From the human T2T-CHM13v2.0 reference genome, Homo sapiens, in the NCBI RefSeq assembly GCF_009914755.1, contig NC_060925.1: a DNA stretch of 64,000 bases, one strand, 5' to 3'. Position 1 is the stretch's first letter, and every line of letters begins with the position of its first letter. The translations under genes and the position numbers were made by a program. Below are positions 25,241-40,029 of the stretch, piece by piece. Below the pieces are notes generated by a model, which was not told where the DNA came from, ran no database searches, and saw only the letters and a list, made by a program, of their open reading frames with translations.

Positions 25241-27114
25241 AAAAAGTGCCTTACAATATACAATATACTTACAAAATTAATGTAATTAGACCACCCTGCA
25301 TACTTGAACAGGTTCTTTATAAAATGTATCACATCCATTAACTGAGCTATTTATAAAAAATGAATGACATTTCTACTTGTTTTGCTTTCTAATATCAGAG
25401 TAACCTTCCCTTTACATCTCTTACTATTAAAAGTATTTAACTGTAAAGCAATTAACAGAATTTCAGGGCAGGAATCATGTCTTATTCTTCATTGTATTTC
25501 TACTAAGGGATGCAGTGTATCTCAAAATGTCTTGTTCAGTGTCCGGTAAATAGTATATTCTCAATATGCAATTACTTATCTGAACTGCCCAATGCCACCC
25601 TAGGTATATATAGAGCACTATATTCCAAGGGGGATATCACAGAAATATAAAATACTCTCTATATTTCTTATTAGTAATAAGCATCCAGAGGCTTAGTCTC
25701 CTAAAAAATTATAAAACTGATGCAATGTGTTGAAGAAGTAGTAACTAAAAATCTAGAACAGAAGAATTAATGATGCTGAAACAAGGAGAAACAATATTCA
25801 TATTTGCCATACCAACTCTGAGAAGGTGGCCGTGGCTCCCTTCCTTCATAGATTAATGCATTTGTGTATACCGATATCATCAACAATGTGTACAGCAGGT
25901 CATACTCTTACTTGACAAATGAAAATGATGGTCAAGTACTCCCAAAATGTGCTGGACCACTGCAGGAAGAGACTGGCCATGCCCTGTCCAGCCTCACCTT
26001 TACAGATTCAGTTTGGAAGGTGAAAAAAGATTGGCCACAACTTTTTTGTGGCAACTCTATTGCTTGTGTTGCATATTTTCTAAGAAAAGAAATCCAAGAA
26101 ATCTTGAGAAAGTGAGATGGAGCTAAGGGTGTTTGATCCCTCTGAAGGAGAGAAAGAGTACTGTTTTTATACCCTGTGTAAGTATCATAGAGTGAGGCAA
26201 CACTATCTATCAACTGCTCACTGTTATTAATAGTATACCTGCTGTGTGGCCAGAAATTGACAATGATGAGTGCTGCAAACTTTTTAGAAAAGGGAGAGCT
26301 CAATGAGTGCTTGGGTAATGTGATTGGTCTTTATAGGAGAGGTGGAAACCCACCTCAAGCTGGCATTTGAAGGACCAGAAGATTTAACTAATCACAGAGG
26401 ATGAGGAAAGACATTTCAGCTCTAGAATGAGCACCAGTATATACCTTATTAATACTAGGTTTGAATCATTGTGCATGGGTGGGGGCAGAGAAGCATTCAT
26501 GACATGACATGAAGGAATTCAGCAGTGGGGCCTCAGGTTTCACTTCTTAGAAAGGTTCTCAAATCTTCCCCTAGTAAGTGATTAGTGGGTACGTACTGAA
26601 TGAATGAATAATATCTGAAAGCTTGTGACCACACCATAAATTTAGCTTTGGGAAATAATTTATTGCTTATCTTATGAATCGGGAGTTTGGCCATTTTTCT
26701 CTAAGTTATTCAGCTAAGAGTATATGAAGGTTGTTATGTCTCAGAGCAGAGCCAGTCTGACTTGCTTCTTTGACTTGTATCTGCTTGTGTTACATAAGCA
26801 CCATGCTGCCACATCACTGGTCCAAGAAACAAACATTAGACGTTTACACACTCCATGAGATTTGTGCTAATATCTTTCCAAGCATCAGCCTTTAGGCTTG
26901 ATGTGAGATTGAGCTCTGGCCATCATCCCTTTCACATCAGAGACTTTATGATGATGAACAGAATCTACATTTACTTAAATTAGTATATTGAGATATTACA
27001 TAAATCAACAATCCCTCTCCCAACAAGAATAAAGTAGGATACTTTACAAATGAAACTGAATAAGCAGGATAGGCGAATTGGATGTGTAGTTAAATGTGTT
27101 TATTTGCCCGACAG

Positions 27115-27214
27115 GCTGTCTTCACAGATTTGGAAATCCTGGCTGCCATTTTTGCAGCTGCCATCCATGACGTTGATCATCCTGGAGTCTCCAATCAGTT
27201 TCTCATCAACACAA
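27115..27214 (+). CDS. PDE4B: Coding exon with PDE signature [10 protein letters not shown]
   Basis: Acceptor gacAG, donor ACAA|GTGAGT, 100 nt; HDxxHxxxxN signature. Confidence 0.98.
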
Positions 27215-27339
27215 GTGAGTTCACCACTACAGCAGTCATTCCAGATAATTGTATGATTCACTGCTTAATTTTTTTCCTCCTAATGTTTTCATTATGGATA
27301 ATCACAAGGATAATAATGAGGCAATCCTTCCATTTCTCT

Positions 27340-27760
27340 CAAACTGGTCAGGCCTTTCGTGGATACTCAGTCCAATCTGGCAACACAATGTTTGAGCTGC
27401 ATGGAGAACTTGGAGAGGGTCATAGGGGAGCCATAAAAAGTACTCAAAATTTGGCAAATACAATATGTAAGGAAAGAATAATAGATATGGAATTATTCAT
27501 AAAGAACAATAAAAGGTTTGGGGATCCCATGATAATGACTTTTTATATTATGCAAAACTCTCGCACAGAGCATAGTAACTCACTACTGTCCCTATCTGCT
27601 TGGGAAGCAGCCACAAATGTTGAATCTGCACATGGGAACCTCCAGGTAAAAATAAGATGCCATAAAAAGCACTGGAATGAGTTTCCACAGTTCAGAAGGA
27701 AGGGTCATTAAAAGTTCCATACATTTTCTTCCAACTGCATAGATTTGATTATGGATTGGG
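27340..27760 (+). mobile_element. Degenerate CR1/L3 3' fragment
   Basis: gatactcagtccaatctggcaacaca...ttggagagggtc resembles the CR1 ORF2 end (YCVQFWAP...LERVQRR); highly diverged. Confidence 0.4.
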
Positions 27761-29143
27761 AGTAGCAATGACCTGAGTGACCAGGGGTGGTCTAGCCTTA
27801 GGATTCCAAGCCATACTCAAAGCTTTTGTCATGCTTAAAATGTTTAGTTTTCATACCTTTGAAAATCCATTCATTTTCTCAAATAATGTACTATCTCTAA
27901 GTGCTGGAAATCTAAGTACTTTGAGAATATTGGTTATTGTAGTCATGAATAACATCAAGTACTGACAGTTTTCTAGAAATGCTTTTTGAGCTACTTGCTG
28001 TAAAAGAGTCCTGATCATCAGTCCTTGACCTTTATCCAAAGAATATCTGAATGACCTAGGTTTGGAGTACACTGGGTCCTTTTACTTCATTCTTCTGTTG
28101 AACAAACAAAATGTTGGGGCAGCTACATGTCTGCATGGATTGTATCAGTTGGTAGAATGTGGTGTCATGAATCATATATAGGCCAGTTAGCCTCACACAG
28201 AAAAATGGTCTATCTACCACAGTCACCTATAGCACTGCAACATATAAAGCCTGCTTGTAGATCTGTGGCCTTGATCACAGGATGAACAAAACAAGAGTAC
28301 TCATTGGAGGTTGTAACTAAGAGCACACTGTTAAAGCAATGATATATGTGTAACAGAACCTGTAATTAAGTAACACATTACCACCACTTGTCTGGTATTC
28401 TTGATTAAGAGAAAATGTGGTTTCATAAGTCTGATGACCATATTCTCAAGCAGACTTCTGTCTAACAAAAGATGCCTGTGATTCTTCTATATAAAAGGCA
28501 GGCTGGAAGCTGCAGCTTAGGTTTCCAGATATTGCAATTTCTGGTGGAGAGAGCCAAAAGACAGAAAATTTGACATCAGAATTGTTCCCAAAAAGTAGTA
28601 ATGTTTAGTATCATATTAATAGAAAGCTCTAAAAAGTGACAGTATTTGGGTAAAATGAAGTTTTACATCAAGCATTATCTTTAACCATCCAAAATTCACA
28701 ATTGCCGGAGATTAGGGAGAATGTAAAATGTGAATATAGCTTGAAAGTCTCAATACAATTCATAAAGTTTAGTGGTACTTTCATGTTGTTCTTTTCCAAA
28801 GTACAAAATTTTTGAAGATACATAAAAATAGGATTTAGCTGCTCAGGAATGCCCTTACCTAATATTAAATTCTTCATCTGAGATATAGAAGGAGTAAAAG
28901 GATTTTAAAATACAATGAATTTTAATCACAGGGAAAGCTTATACACCAGTAGAAGCATTTTTTGCTTAGAAACTGATGACTTCTGTTTGTAGAGGGCCAC
29001 TGCTTCTCTAAGAGGAAATGACATGTAGCTGGTGGTTCTTGAAATAATTTGGAGAGAACTAGGTCTGATTTCACTTTGAGATAATGCCAACATTCAAATC
29101 ATATCCCTTTTTAATTAAGTCATCATTTGGTCTGATTTATTAG

Positions 29144-29531
<388 letters not shown>

Positions 29532-30234
29532 TGATTTAACACAAAACCAAACCAAACTAAGCTGAACAACAATTAGAAAAAGAAAACAAAGATAAATTCA
29601 GTTATTGGTATATCCTAGGCTACTCCTATAGCTTAGGGCTTATTTTAAGAACAAGCTAAGGAAAATGGACATTCAAGTTTATCTTCTAATTTATGAGGAA
29701 AAATAATCTCTATTTGTGGAACTGCTTATTAGTTATATAAATAAATCGCAAAATCTATTTGTAATAGGGCATACGTGACTGTTGGTTCCAAAAGCTTGTG
29801 TTTGGATTTAAATCCCATTGACTTGAAGTTTGTTAGGTCTGTTTTGGATATACAAATTGCCATCAGCTGTTCTCCTCTTTCCACAAGTGGAAAATATGAA
29901 GTTATCTACTTTGAGTAATTCTTTGCATTCTTTCCAAACTGAGAAAAGGAAATGATAGCAGCATCTGACCTCTAATGTTCCTTCCAATTTTTAAATTCAA
30001 TGACTGTCGGTCTAAGAAGACACACGTTTTCCCCTTTGGGACTCTATAAAAGTAAATAACTGACCCAGGCTAGCATCATTGTAATTCCATTTTTTTTCGG
30101 TGCATATGTCATAATTATAATGCAACTAAAATGTTCTCGGGTTTAGTACCAAGCGTACTAGTATGAGAGGCATGAGATGTTCCGGCAGTATTTACACCTA
30201 ATTTTATGAGATTTCCAAAACTTGATGATTTCAG

Positions 30235-30417
30235 GTCCTTCGCAACATGGTACACTGTGCAGACCTGAGCAACCCCACCAAGTCCTTGGAATTGTATCGG
30301 CAATGGACAGACCGCATCATGGAGGAATTTTTCCAGCAGGGAGACAAAGAGCGGGAGAGGGGAATGGAAATTAGCCCAATGTGTGATAAACACACAGCTT
30401 CTGTGGAAAAATCCCAG
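30235..30417 (+). CDS. PDE4B: Coding exon [16 protein letters not shown]...ASVEKSQ
   Basis: Acceptor tttcAG, donor CAG|GTATCT, 183 nt; metal-binding Asp in CADLSN and invariant Gln at the exon end. Confidence 0.98.
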
Positions 30418-31314
30418 GTATCTAATATGAGATTTTCAAAGTTTTTGTGAGCTCTGCTGATTATAGAGCTGGAGGGTTCTATTTAATTCCGTTTTTCCAA
30501 TAGAATATGTATATATGAAACAATAAGGAGACAACTACGCATTTTGTTCCATTATAGTCAGGACTCATGCGACTTCTCCATTACACTCAGTTTCACAGGG
30601 TGGGGAAAAGTAGTCATCAGAAACCCATCAAAATTTGGACTATGTGTCCCTAAATCATTTAGATAGTTGTCTCTGATGTTAGCAAATCCAGCTGAATAAT
30701 ATGAACATCAGTGTCTCCTCCATCCCAACCCTCTGGATTTCTCCTAGCTCTGTCTTCATTCAAGAACTCTACTCCTCATCCTTGCTTCCAGCCCTCTGTT
30801 TTTATCTTCTGTCCTTAATCAAGCCCACGGTGACCATCACCAGAGGCAGTCTCTTTTACTGCATAGTCAAAGCCCTGTCTTGTCTTCCCTCCCAAGGATG
30901 CTTCTATGCTTTTGAGAACATGCTGACATTTTCTGGTTGTGTCCAAAGCAACACATTCTGTGTGTGCTCAGGACAGGGGACAATAGTCTGGAGGGGTGAA
31001 TACAGAAATGTCCAGATGCCAATAGCTGCAGAATATGCAGCAATGGAAAGTATCAGTATCCATACAAAGATTTTTCAAGAAAACGAATGGGCTGAGCCAA
31101 GTAGCTGAGATTGAGAATGAGTTCATAGACTGTCCAAGATCTTTATCCCAAAAACATTTGGATTGTTTATTTTCAGTATTTATCCTCTTTCCCTACTACC
31201 TGGATACTCCAAATTTGCATATACTTGTAATATTAATATACAGTTCCTTTGCAATATTTATTTTGTTGCTTCTTAGAGAAACCCAACTAAATGAGTTTAA
31301 AAAATCTGTGAAAG

Positions 31315-31655
<341 letters not shown>

Positions 31656-32468
31656 CTAATATACTGTAAAAATGCAAGTTAACATTGTTAATGAGGGTTA
31701 ATTCGAATAGCCCAAAGGCTTAAGTGGAACAAGATATGAATCAGTAAGGAGGAATAACACCCTTTTATTAATAGCAGTGATGTTTTATGTTTATATGATG
31801 TTCTGTGGAGCATTTCACACATTTTCCATACATTATCTTACTTGGATCCCCAAACAGCCTTGCAAGATAGATAAAGTAGATATTTCCCCAGCATGTCAGG
31901 TGCAAAGCTGTCCTCTTGGTCCACTACAGCAGCTCTCTCATCCAAAGCTCTTCACTCTCCATCTTAGGGACAGGTCTTCCTGTTGCCATGACATCGTTAT
32001 CCACTCTGGTATTTCCCACCAATGGGCTCTGCTGAACACTGTCTGATTGGCCCAGCAGTAAAGCTCTTTACTGGGTGCTCTCAGGATTCATACAGCTCTC
32101 TCGTCCTGTGATCTAGGGAATAAATAACTAGCAGCTACCTTTCAAAAACATTCTCAGCATTTCTTAGCAGAAGCAAAACAAGCGAAGAAAGGAAATGACT
32201 GCACTGTGTTCAGCTTATTCAATTTTCTCCATTACCTTGAGCTTGTTATTTTGGGTCCCTGGAAAACACCTTGAAAATAGTCTCTAACATTCATTAAGCA
32301 CACATAAAGAAGTAAAAGGGAGGGAAAAGGAGTGGGTGGAAGTGAGAGAAATATCTGAATCATGTACGGTTGAGTTTTTGTAACCAGTATAGATCAGAGA
32401 TTCCCTGACTTTGCTGTGAAACTTCCTTTTTAAGGCTAGGAAAGCACCAGAAAGAAGAAGAATAAGAA

Positions 32469-32540
32469 AATATATATATATCATACATATATATATACAC
32501 ACATCATACATATATATATATATATACACACACATCATAC

Positions 32541-32567
<27 letters not shown>
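32469..32567. repeat. Compound (TA)n/(CA)n microsatellite
   Basis: Runs of TA interrupted by cacacatcatac units. Confidence 0.9.
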
Positions 32568-32571
<4 letters not shown>

Positions 32572-33744
32572 ATTTATGAAAGAATCACATATGACCAAAG
32601 TTCTTGTGTACAGTACAACTTGGATGTATTAAATGACTGGCCAATTACCAACATGTTAATAAAGGAAAGTTTCCAGTAGTGTGGAAAGAGACCTATATAA
32701 TGTCCCATGGGTGGGTGCCCTTTGACCATCTACCCCTAAATCCCAATGCAGCATCTCTGTAGCTCCCCAGACCATGGCAGGGGAATTCCCTTCCCTCATT
32801 CAACTAGTGCCTGTTCTTTCTCTCTACTTGTCCCCACCCCCAGTGTTTCCTGTTTGTCCAACAATGAGGAGGCCAGCGTAAGGCCACACTGCTAGCTCAT
32901 GCAGGATGCATAGCCCCTGAGTAAACCATAACAGAGCCATAAGCCTGGTATTTAATCACAGGAACATCAGCAAAAGGAACTGCTTAATTGTTTTTTATTT
33001 TTCCTTCTTTCACCTGTTGGAAATGACTGCGTGCTCTGTAGATCCAAAACAATTGCATGGATGTCCACCGAGGGGATATGTGTTTCTTTCAGGGCTCAAA
33101 GTATTTTCACGTGTTTCATCAAACTCCTCTACCAGCCAAAAGCATTCCACAGAACTTGAGAAATTCCAGAGTAGTCAGGAGCCAGCTCCTCATCACTTTG
33201 GAATAGCAACATATTTTAAAGTTAACAAGGAAAAAATATTGAGTCAAAACACGTTAGACCTGGGCCTGCCTTCTTCAGAAAATGACTCACAGAATCCAAG
33301 TAGTGGCAAAGTCATTCTTTGTCTTTGGGTCCCTGGAAATCATGAGGATTCCATCCAGACTTCTTATCTGGCGCACATAAAAGGAAATGCAGTCTGTTGT
33401 AGCAAGATGAACACGGGCTTTGGAATCAGATGAAGCTGGGACTGAGTCCCAGCTCCACCAGTCACTAGTTATGTGACCTCTGACAAGATATTTAATCTCA
33501 ATAAGTCGTAGTTTCTGCCTTTGTAAATAGTAAACAGCAATACTTACCTTCCAGGATTAAGAGAGAATACATCGATTGCATTCAGTGTAAGACCCACTGT
33601 ATTGTGAGTGCCCAAATCATGGAATCCATTATGATTGATCTTTCTGAAGTTATTAATGTTCTTTCTTTGCATGGAAACCAGGAAACCTTGTTTACTTTTC
33701 AAGCACCATCACAATAACAGATGTGTCATCTTATTTTTCTCCAG

Positions 33745-34110
33745 GTTGGTTTCATCGACTACATTGTCCATCCATTGTGGGAGACATGGGCAGATTTGGT
33801 ACAGCCTGATGCTCAGGACATTCTCGATACCTTAGAAGATAACAGGAACTGGTATCAGAGCATGATACCTCAAAGTCCCTCACCACCACTGGACGAGCAG
33901 AACAGGGACTGCCAGGGTCTGATGGAGAAGTTTCAGTTTGAACTGACTCTCGATGAGGAAGATTCTGAAGGACCTGAGAAGGAGGGAGAGGGACACAGCT
34001 ATTTCAGCAGCACAAAGACGCTTTGTGTGATTGATCCAGAAAACAGAGATTCCCTGGGAGAGACTGACATAGACATTGCAACAGAAGACAAGTCCCCCGT
34101 GGATACATAA
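33745..34110 (+). CDS. PDE4B: Terminal coding exon [19 protein letters not shown]...PQSP...FQF...SPVDT*
   Basis: Acceptor tttttctccAG, stop TAA at 34108-34110; ERK phosphosite motif PQSP and FQF docking motif. Confidence 0.98.
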   Translation, partial: VGFIDYIVHPLWETWADLVQPDAQDILDTLEDNRNWYQSMIPQSPSPPLDEQNRDCQGLMEKFQFELTLDEEDSEGPEKEGEGHSYFSSTKTLCVIDPENRDSLGETDIDIATEDKSPVDT

Positions 34111-36011
34111 TCCCCCTCTCCCTGTGGAGATGAACATTCTATCCTTGATGAGCATGCCAGCTATGTGGTAGGGCCAGCCCACCATGGGGGCCAAGACCTG
34201 CACAGGACAAGGGCCACCTGGCCTTTCAGTTACTTGAGTTTGGAGTCAGAAAGCAAGACCAGGAAGCAAATAGCAGCTCAGGAAATCCCACGGTTGACTT
34301 GCCTTGATGGCAAGCTTGGTGGAGAGGGCTGAAGCTGTTGCTGGGGGCCGATTCTGATCAAGACACATGGCTTGAAAATGGAAGACACAAAACTGAGAGA
34401 TCATTCTGCACTAAGTTTCGGGAACTTATCCCCGACAGTGACTGAACTCACTGACTAATAACTTCATTTATGAATCTTCTCACTTGTCCCTTTGTCTGCC
34501 AACCTGTGTGCCTTTTTTGTAAAACATTTTCATGTCTTTAAAATGCCTGTTGAATACCTGGAGTTTAGTATCAACTTCTACACAGATAAGCTTTCAAAGT
34601 TGACAAACTTTTTTGACTCTTTCTGGAAAAGGGAAAGAAAATAGTCTTCCTTCTTTCTTGGGCAATATCCTTCACTTTACTACAGTTACTTTTGCAAACA
34701 GACAGAAAGGATACACTTCTAACCACATTTTACTTCCTTCCCCTGTTGTCCAGTCCAACTCCACAGTCACTCTTAAAACTTCTCTCTGTTTGCCTGCCTC
34801 CAACAGTACTTTTAACTTTTTGCTGTAAACAGAATAAAATTGAACAAATTAGGGGGTAGAAAGGAGCAGTGGTGTCGTTCACCGTGAGAGTCTGCATAGA
34901 ACTCAGCAGTGTGCCCTGCTGTGTCTTGGACCCTGCCCCCCACAGGAGTTGTACAGTCCCTGGCCCTGTTCCCTACCTCCTCTCTTCACCCCGTTAGGCT
35001 GTTTTCAATGTAATGCTGCCGTCCTTCTCTTGCACTGCCTTCTGCGCTAACACCTCCATTCCTGTTTATAACCGTGTATTTATTACTTAATGTATATAAT
35101 GTAATGTTTTGTAAGTTATTAATTTATATATCTAACATTGCCTGCCAATGGTGGTGTTAAATTTGTGTAGAAAACTCTGCCTAAGAGTTACGACTTTTTC
35201 TTGTAATGTTTTGTATTGTGTATTATATAACCCAAACGTCACTTAGTAGAGACATATGGCCCCCTTGGCAGAGAGGACAGGGGTGGGCTTTTGTTCAAAG
35301 GGTCTGCCCTTTCCCTGCCTGAGTTGCTACTTCTGCACAACCCCTTTATGAACCAGTTTTGGAAACAATATTCTCACATTAGATACTAAATGGTTTATAC
35401 TGAGCTTTTACTTTTGTATAGCTTGATAGGGGCAGGGGGCAATGGGATGTAGTTTTTACCCAGGTTCTATCCAAATCTATGTGGGCATGAGTTGGGTTAT
35501 AACTGGATCCTACTATCATTGTGGCTTTGGTTCAAAAGGAAACACTACATTTGCTCACAGATGATTCTTCTGAATGCTCCCGAACTACTGACTTTGAAGA
35601 GGTAGCCTCCTGCCTGCCATTAAGCAGGAATGTCATGTTCCAGTTCATTACAAAAGAAAACAATAAAACAATGTGAATTTTTATAATAAAATGTGAACTG
35701 ATGTAGCAAATTACGCAAATGTGAAGCCTCTTCTGATAACACTTGTTAGGCCTCTTACTGATGTCAGTTTCAGTTTGTAAAATATGTTTCATGCTTTCAG
35801 TTCAGCATTGTGACTCAGTAATTACAGAAAATGGCACAAATGTGCATGACCAATGTATGTCTATGAACACTGCATTGTTTCAGGTGGACATTTTATCATT
35901 TTCAAATGTTTCTCACAATGTATGTTATAGTATTATTATTATATATTGTGTTCAAATGCATTCTAAAGAGACTTTTATATGAGGTGAATAAAGAAAAGCA
36001 TGATTAGATTA
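34111..36011 (+). other. PDE4B: PDE4B 3' UTR (about 1.9 kb)
   Basis: Follows the stop codon, no recognisable repeats, AU-rich; distal AATAAA at 35987-35992; 3' end approximate. Confidence 0.85.
35987..35992 (+). terminator. Distal polyadenylation signal AATAAA
   Basis: Canonical hexamer at the end of the AU-rich UTR; inferred cleavage about 15-25 nt downstream. Confidence 0.8.
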
Positions 36012-36632
36012 GTCTGTAGGCCCACTTATTTCACAATTAGTTCTGACATATGAAAAGCAGATCTTTCTCTTCTCTTGTGCCATTCCCCACAAAGAAAGCC
36101 AACCACTGTGTCCAGCCAACATCACAACTGAAGTTTCAGAATCTATGTCCAAAAAGTCCCCTAGTTTGGAACATTTCGCTTTTTTCTTAGCAACTGTTCA
36201 CCCAGCTCAATGATGCAGGAAGGGGGTTGAGGAAGGAAAACAAAACAAAACCACTTTGCTCATCTCGAACTATTTCCTTCTACCTCTTTAAGAGTCTGAA
36301 GAGTTTAATCTACTAGATAAATAAGGGAATCCCCAACTTGGCTGAGTCCTCTAGAAAAGTGAATCATAGATTATAGAACATTAGTATAATGCAGTCAGAG
36401 AGTCCCATTGATTCATTTGACACATGAAGAATCTGAGGTCCAAAGAGTCATCTTAAACCACAACCCACAGAGCATGGGTGGACACTCAGGGTTTTCTCAG
36501 TGATCCATGCAGCCTCTTGTTGGTCATATGGCTAGGATTTTCTTTCTGGAAAGAACTTTTTATATATAAGAAAAATACTTAATGCTTTGTTGAAATCTTA
36601 AAGTCAGCATTTTAAAATATTTTATCCTGAGA

Positions 36633-36635
<3 letters not shown>

Positions 36636-36669
<34 letters not shown>

Positions 36670-36678
36670 ATGTGTGTG
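36636..36678. repeat. (TG)n microsatellite
   Basis: Direct observation. Confidence 0.95.
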
Positions 36679-37095
36679 TTTGTTGCAGAAGGTTGCAAAC
36701 AAGAATCGGTGTTGGCCCATAATAATTTAGCCACAAGGGAGTGCTCTGTGAACCAGTAAGATGGTCTTCTCTAAACACAGCTGAAATTAAGATGAGCCGA
36801 CATTTCAGAACCAGCTTGCCTGCTAGTTGCAGAGCTATTTCCAACATTTTCCATCATCTCTGATATCTGATTGTGCCTCACCATCTCTGAGAGTTTGAAA
36901 AGGAGCAAAATAAATTGCTTACAATAGCCAGAGGTGTGAGTTTTACAATGCCCAGAGCTAGAAATATTTGCAGGTTTGTTTTCTACTGAGAAGAGGTTCT
37001 TAATTAACCCTTATTGCAAATAAGAATCATGTGGGAAATACATATATTTAAAAACACTTGTTTGGGGCCCATCCTCCTCCCAGATTTCTGATTGA

Positions 37096-37410
<315 letters not shown>

Positions 37411-38814
37411 TAATCTTAACGTGCAATTGGAGTAGAGATCCACCGCTCCAAAACAGAGAATCATGCCTGCAGCTGAGGTGTTCTTTCACCCCCACTGTCT
37501 TCAGATATTCATTGTGAACTCATCATGGACAGCATATTATGCCCAATATAGCTATTTTAAACAGTAAATTTTGTTATATCCTGGTTTTATCTTACTGGCT
37601 GACTTCTAACTAACTTTTAGGTAAGATGAAACTGCACAGTTTCACTAGTTTCCTATACGGAAATCTCAAGAACCAGGTCAGACCTCAGGCATCCAAGCTA
37701 ACTAGACCCTTCATGAGTGCAGAAACCATGCCTAGTACTTTCTCCTCCTGGCACAGCGTTCATGCTCAGACATTTGTTGCATCAATCTGGATGTTGATGA
37801 TGTAAAATTTCAATTAACAGGAAGATCAGAAGAATGCACACTCTAGGCAATTTAACTTTCAGCTTTTCTCACTTAATTGCAATAATCTGTTTTCAGATGT
37901 CTCCCCACCCAGCACTGAACCCTCTCCAAGACAGAACAATGTTTTTTGCCTGGTCTCTTTTTTTAACCTTTGTATTCTTCACCAACAAACACTATACCAG
38001 CCCTAAGCGAAAGGAGAACCGGTGATGTTTGTTGAGCTAATGACCCAAGACACAAGTAGAACCTTTTTATTGAAATTACTTGTGAAATATGGATCTACTT
38101 GATTTTCTTGCCAAAGGAGTAGAGTACACTGGAAAAAGCAGAGTTTGACAAACCTGTGTTCCAAGTCTTTTCCTGTACCTTCCTACCTGTGGGGATTTGG
38201 GCAAATTGCTTAAATTTTTGAGCTTAAAGTTCTCATCATTAAATGGAGCTAACAATAGACAGCCAAAGATGAAATCAGGCATAGTGTTACATACAGTAGA
38301 TGCTCAATAAATCTTTGTTATCTGAATGTATGTACTCGTGGATGAAGGGATTAATTAATATTTAAAAACATCCAAAAATCACCTCTAAAAGCAGAAGGCA
38401 GCAACACATTTTGATTAATTTAGGGTTCTTGAAATCAAGTTCCAGTTAATCTAGATGTTTCTACATAAGCTTCAAGATTCTGGGAGGATAAATGCTCTCA
38501 CTTTAACCCATCATATGGGACTATGCTGACACTGATAGGCTCATTGAGTTGGAAGGAAACATGTAAATCATATTATTCATCCTCTTCAATGCTATAGAAT
38601 CCCTCCAAAAATATGCCTGTTTGAAAGCATCAGGTAATAGATAACTCAGCAAGGCCCTTTTGAAATAATGTAAATTATTAGGTTTCTGGGAATCAAAGTG
38701 TACTCTTCTAGAGCAACCTTTCTTGTTTGATTTTTTAAAATATTTCTAGCTAAATAAGGTATGTAATTTCTCCTCTAATTTCCTGTTCCACTTGAAAATA
38801 GGAACCAGACTTTT

Positions 38815-39000
38815 TGACTATGTGACCTTGGGAAAGTTTATATCACCTCTCTGCACTTCGATTTCCTCATCTGTAAAATAGAAGTAATAATAACAGCACC
38901 TATTTAATAAGATTATCTTGAGAATTAAATGAATTAAAGCTGTAAAATAGTAAAAATAGTGTCTGGCTCATAATATGCATGAACAAATGTTAACTATATA
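38815..39000 (+). mobile_element. MIR
   Basis: tgtgaccttgggaaagtt...ttcctcatctgtaaaatag core. Confidence 0.75.
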
Positions 39001-39576
39001 CAGCTAAATGTAGCATGTTTTCTACATTGTAGCTCCTTCAACCATTATTCATATGACCTATCTTCATCGTTCTGGTCAAATTATTCTGGGCTTGCTCAAA
39101 TAGACAGTGCTCTTTTAGGGTGAGTGCCTCAGAACCAAGCACCATATTTCACTCATGGTAGGGCACAGTGTGATTCTTGCCCTTCTTTTTTCTGGGCTGT
39201 ATTCTATAATCCAAGATTGTATTCATTTGGAGGGATGTCAGTGACTCATCTGGATAACTCATAAGATGCTTACAGGCAAACCAAATGCTTCATACCTTTT
39301 CACATGAACCACTGTTAAACTAAATCTTCTCCACTTTGTTCTTATACAATGAAGTTTCTGAATTTTAGTGCAGAATTTATACTTCTCTGATACATTTCAT
39401 CTGAAAAACAAGTAGGGTATAAGAAAGAGGGTTTTCAGTTTGAGTGTCAGATTGACCTGTTTGTAAATCCCAGCTCCAGCATTACCTGTACAATGTCATA
39501 GAAGGTATGCAATTTATTTGACCTTCAGTTTCCTTTTCTGTAGCAGAAATATTATATATGTATAAAATTATTTGGA

Positions 39577-39927
<351 letters not shown>

Positions 39928-40029
39928 TTATTAGTAATATTAATACCCTACTATGATGATTAAATGAGATAATATGTGCATGGAAAAAAATCTTCATATT
40001 GCTGTTTTAATTCATTACTTTTGGCCTAA

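Noticed and set aside
33880-34203. 107-aa antisense ORF over the last coding exon
   Set aside because: Shadow ORF on the opposite strand of coding sequence; no independent support.
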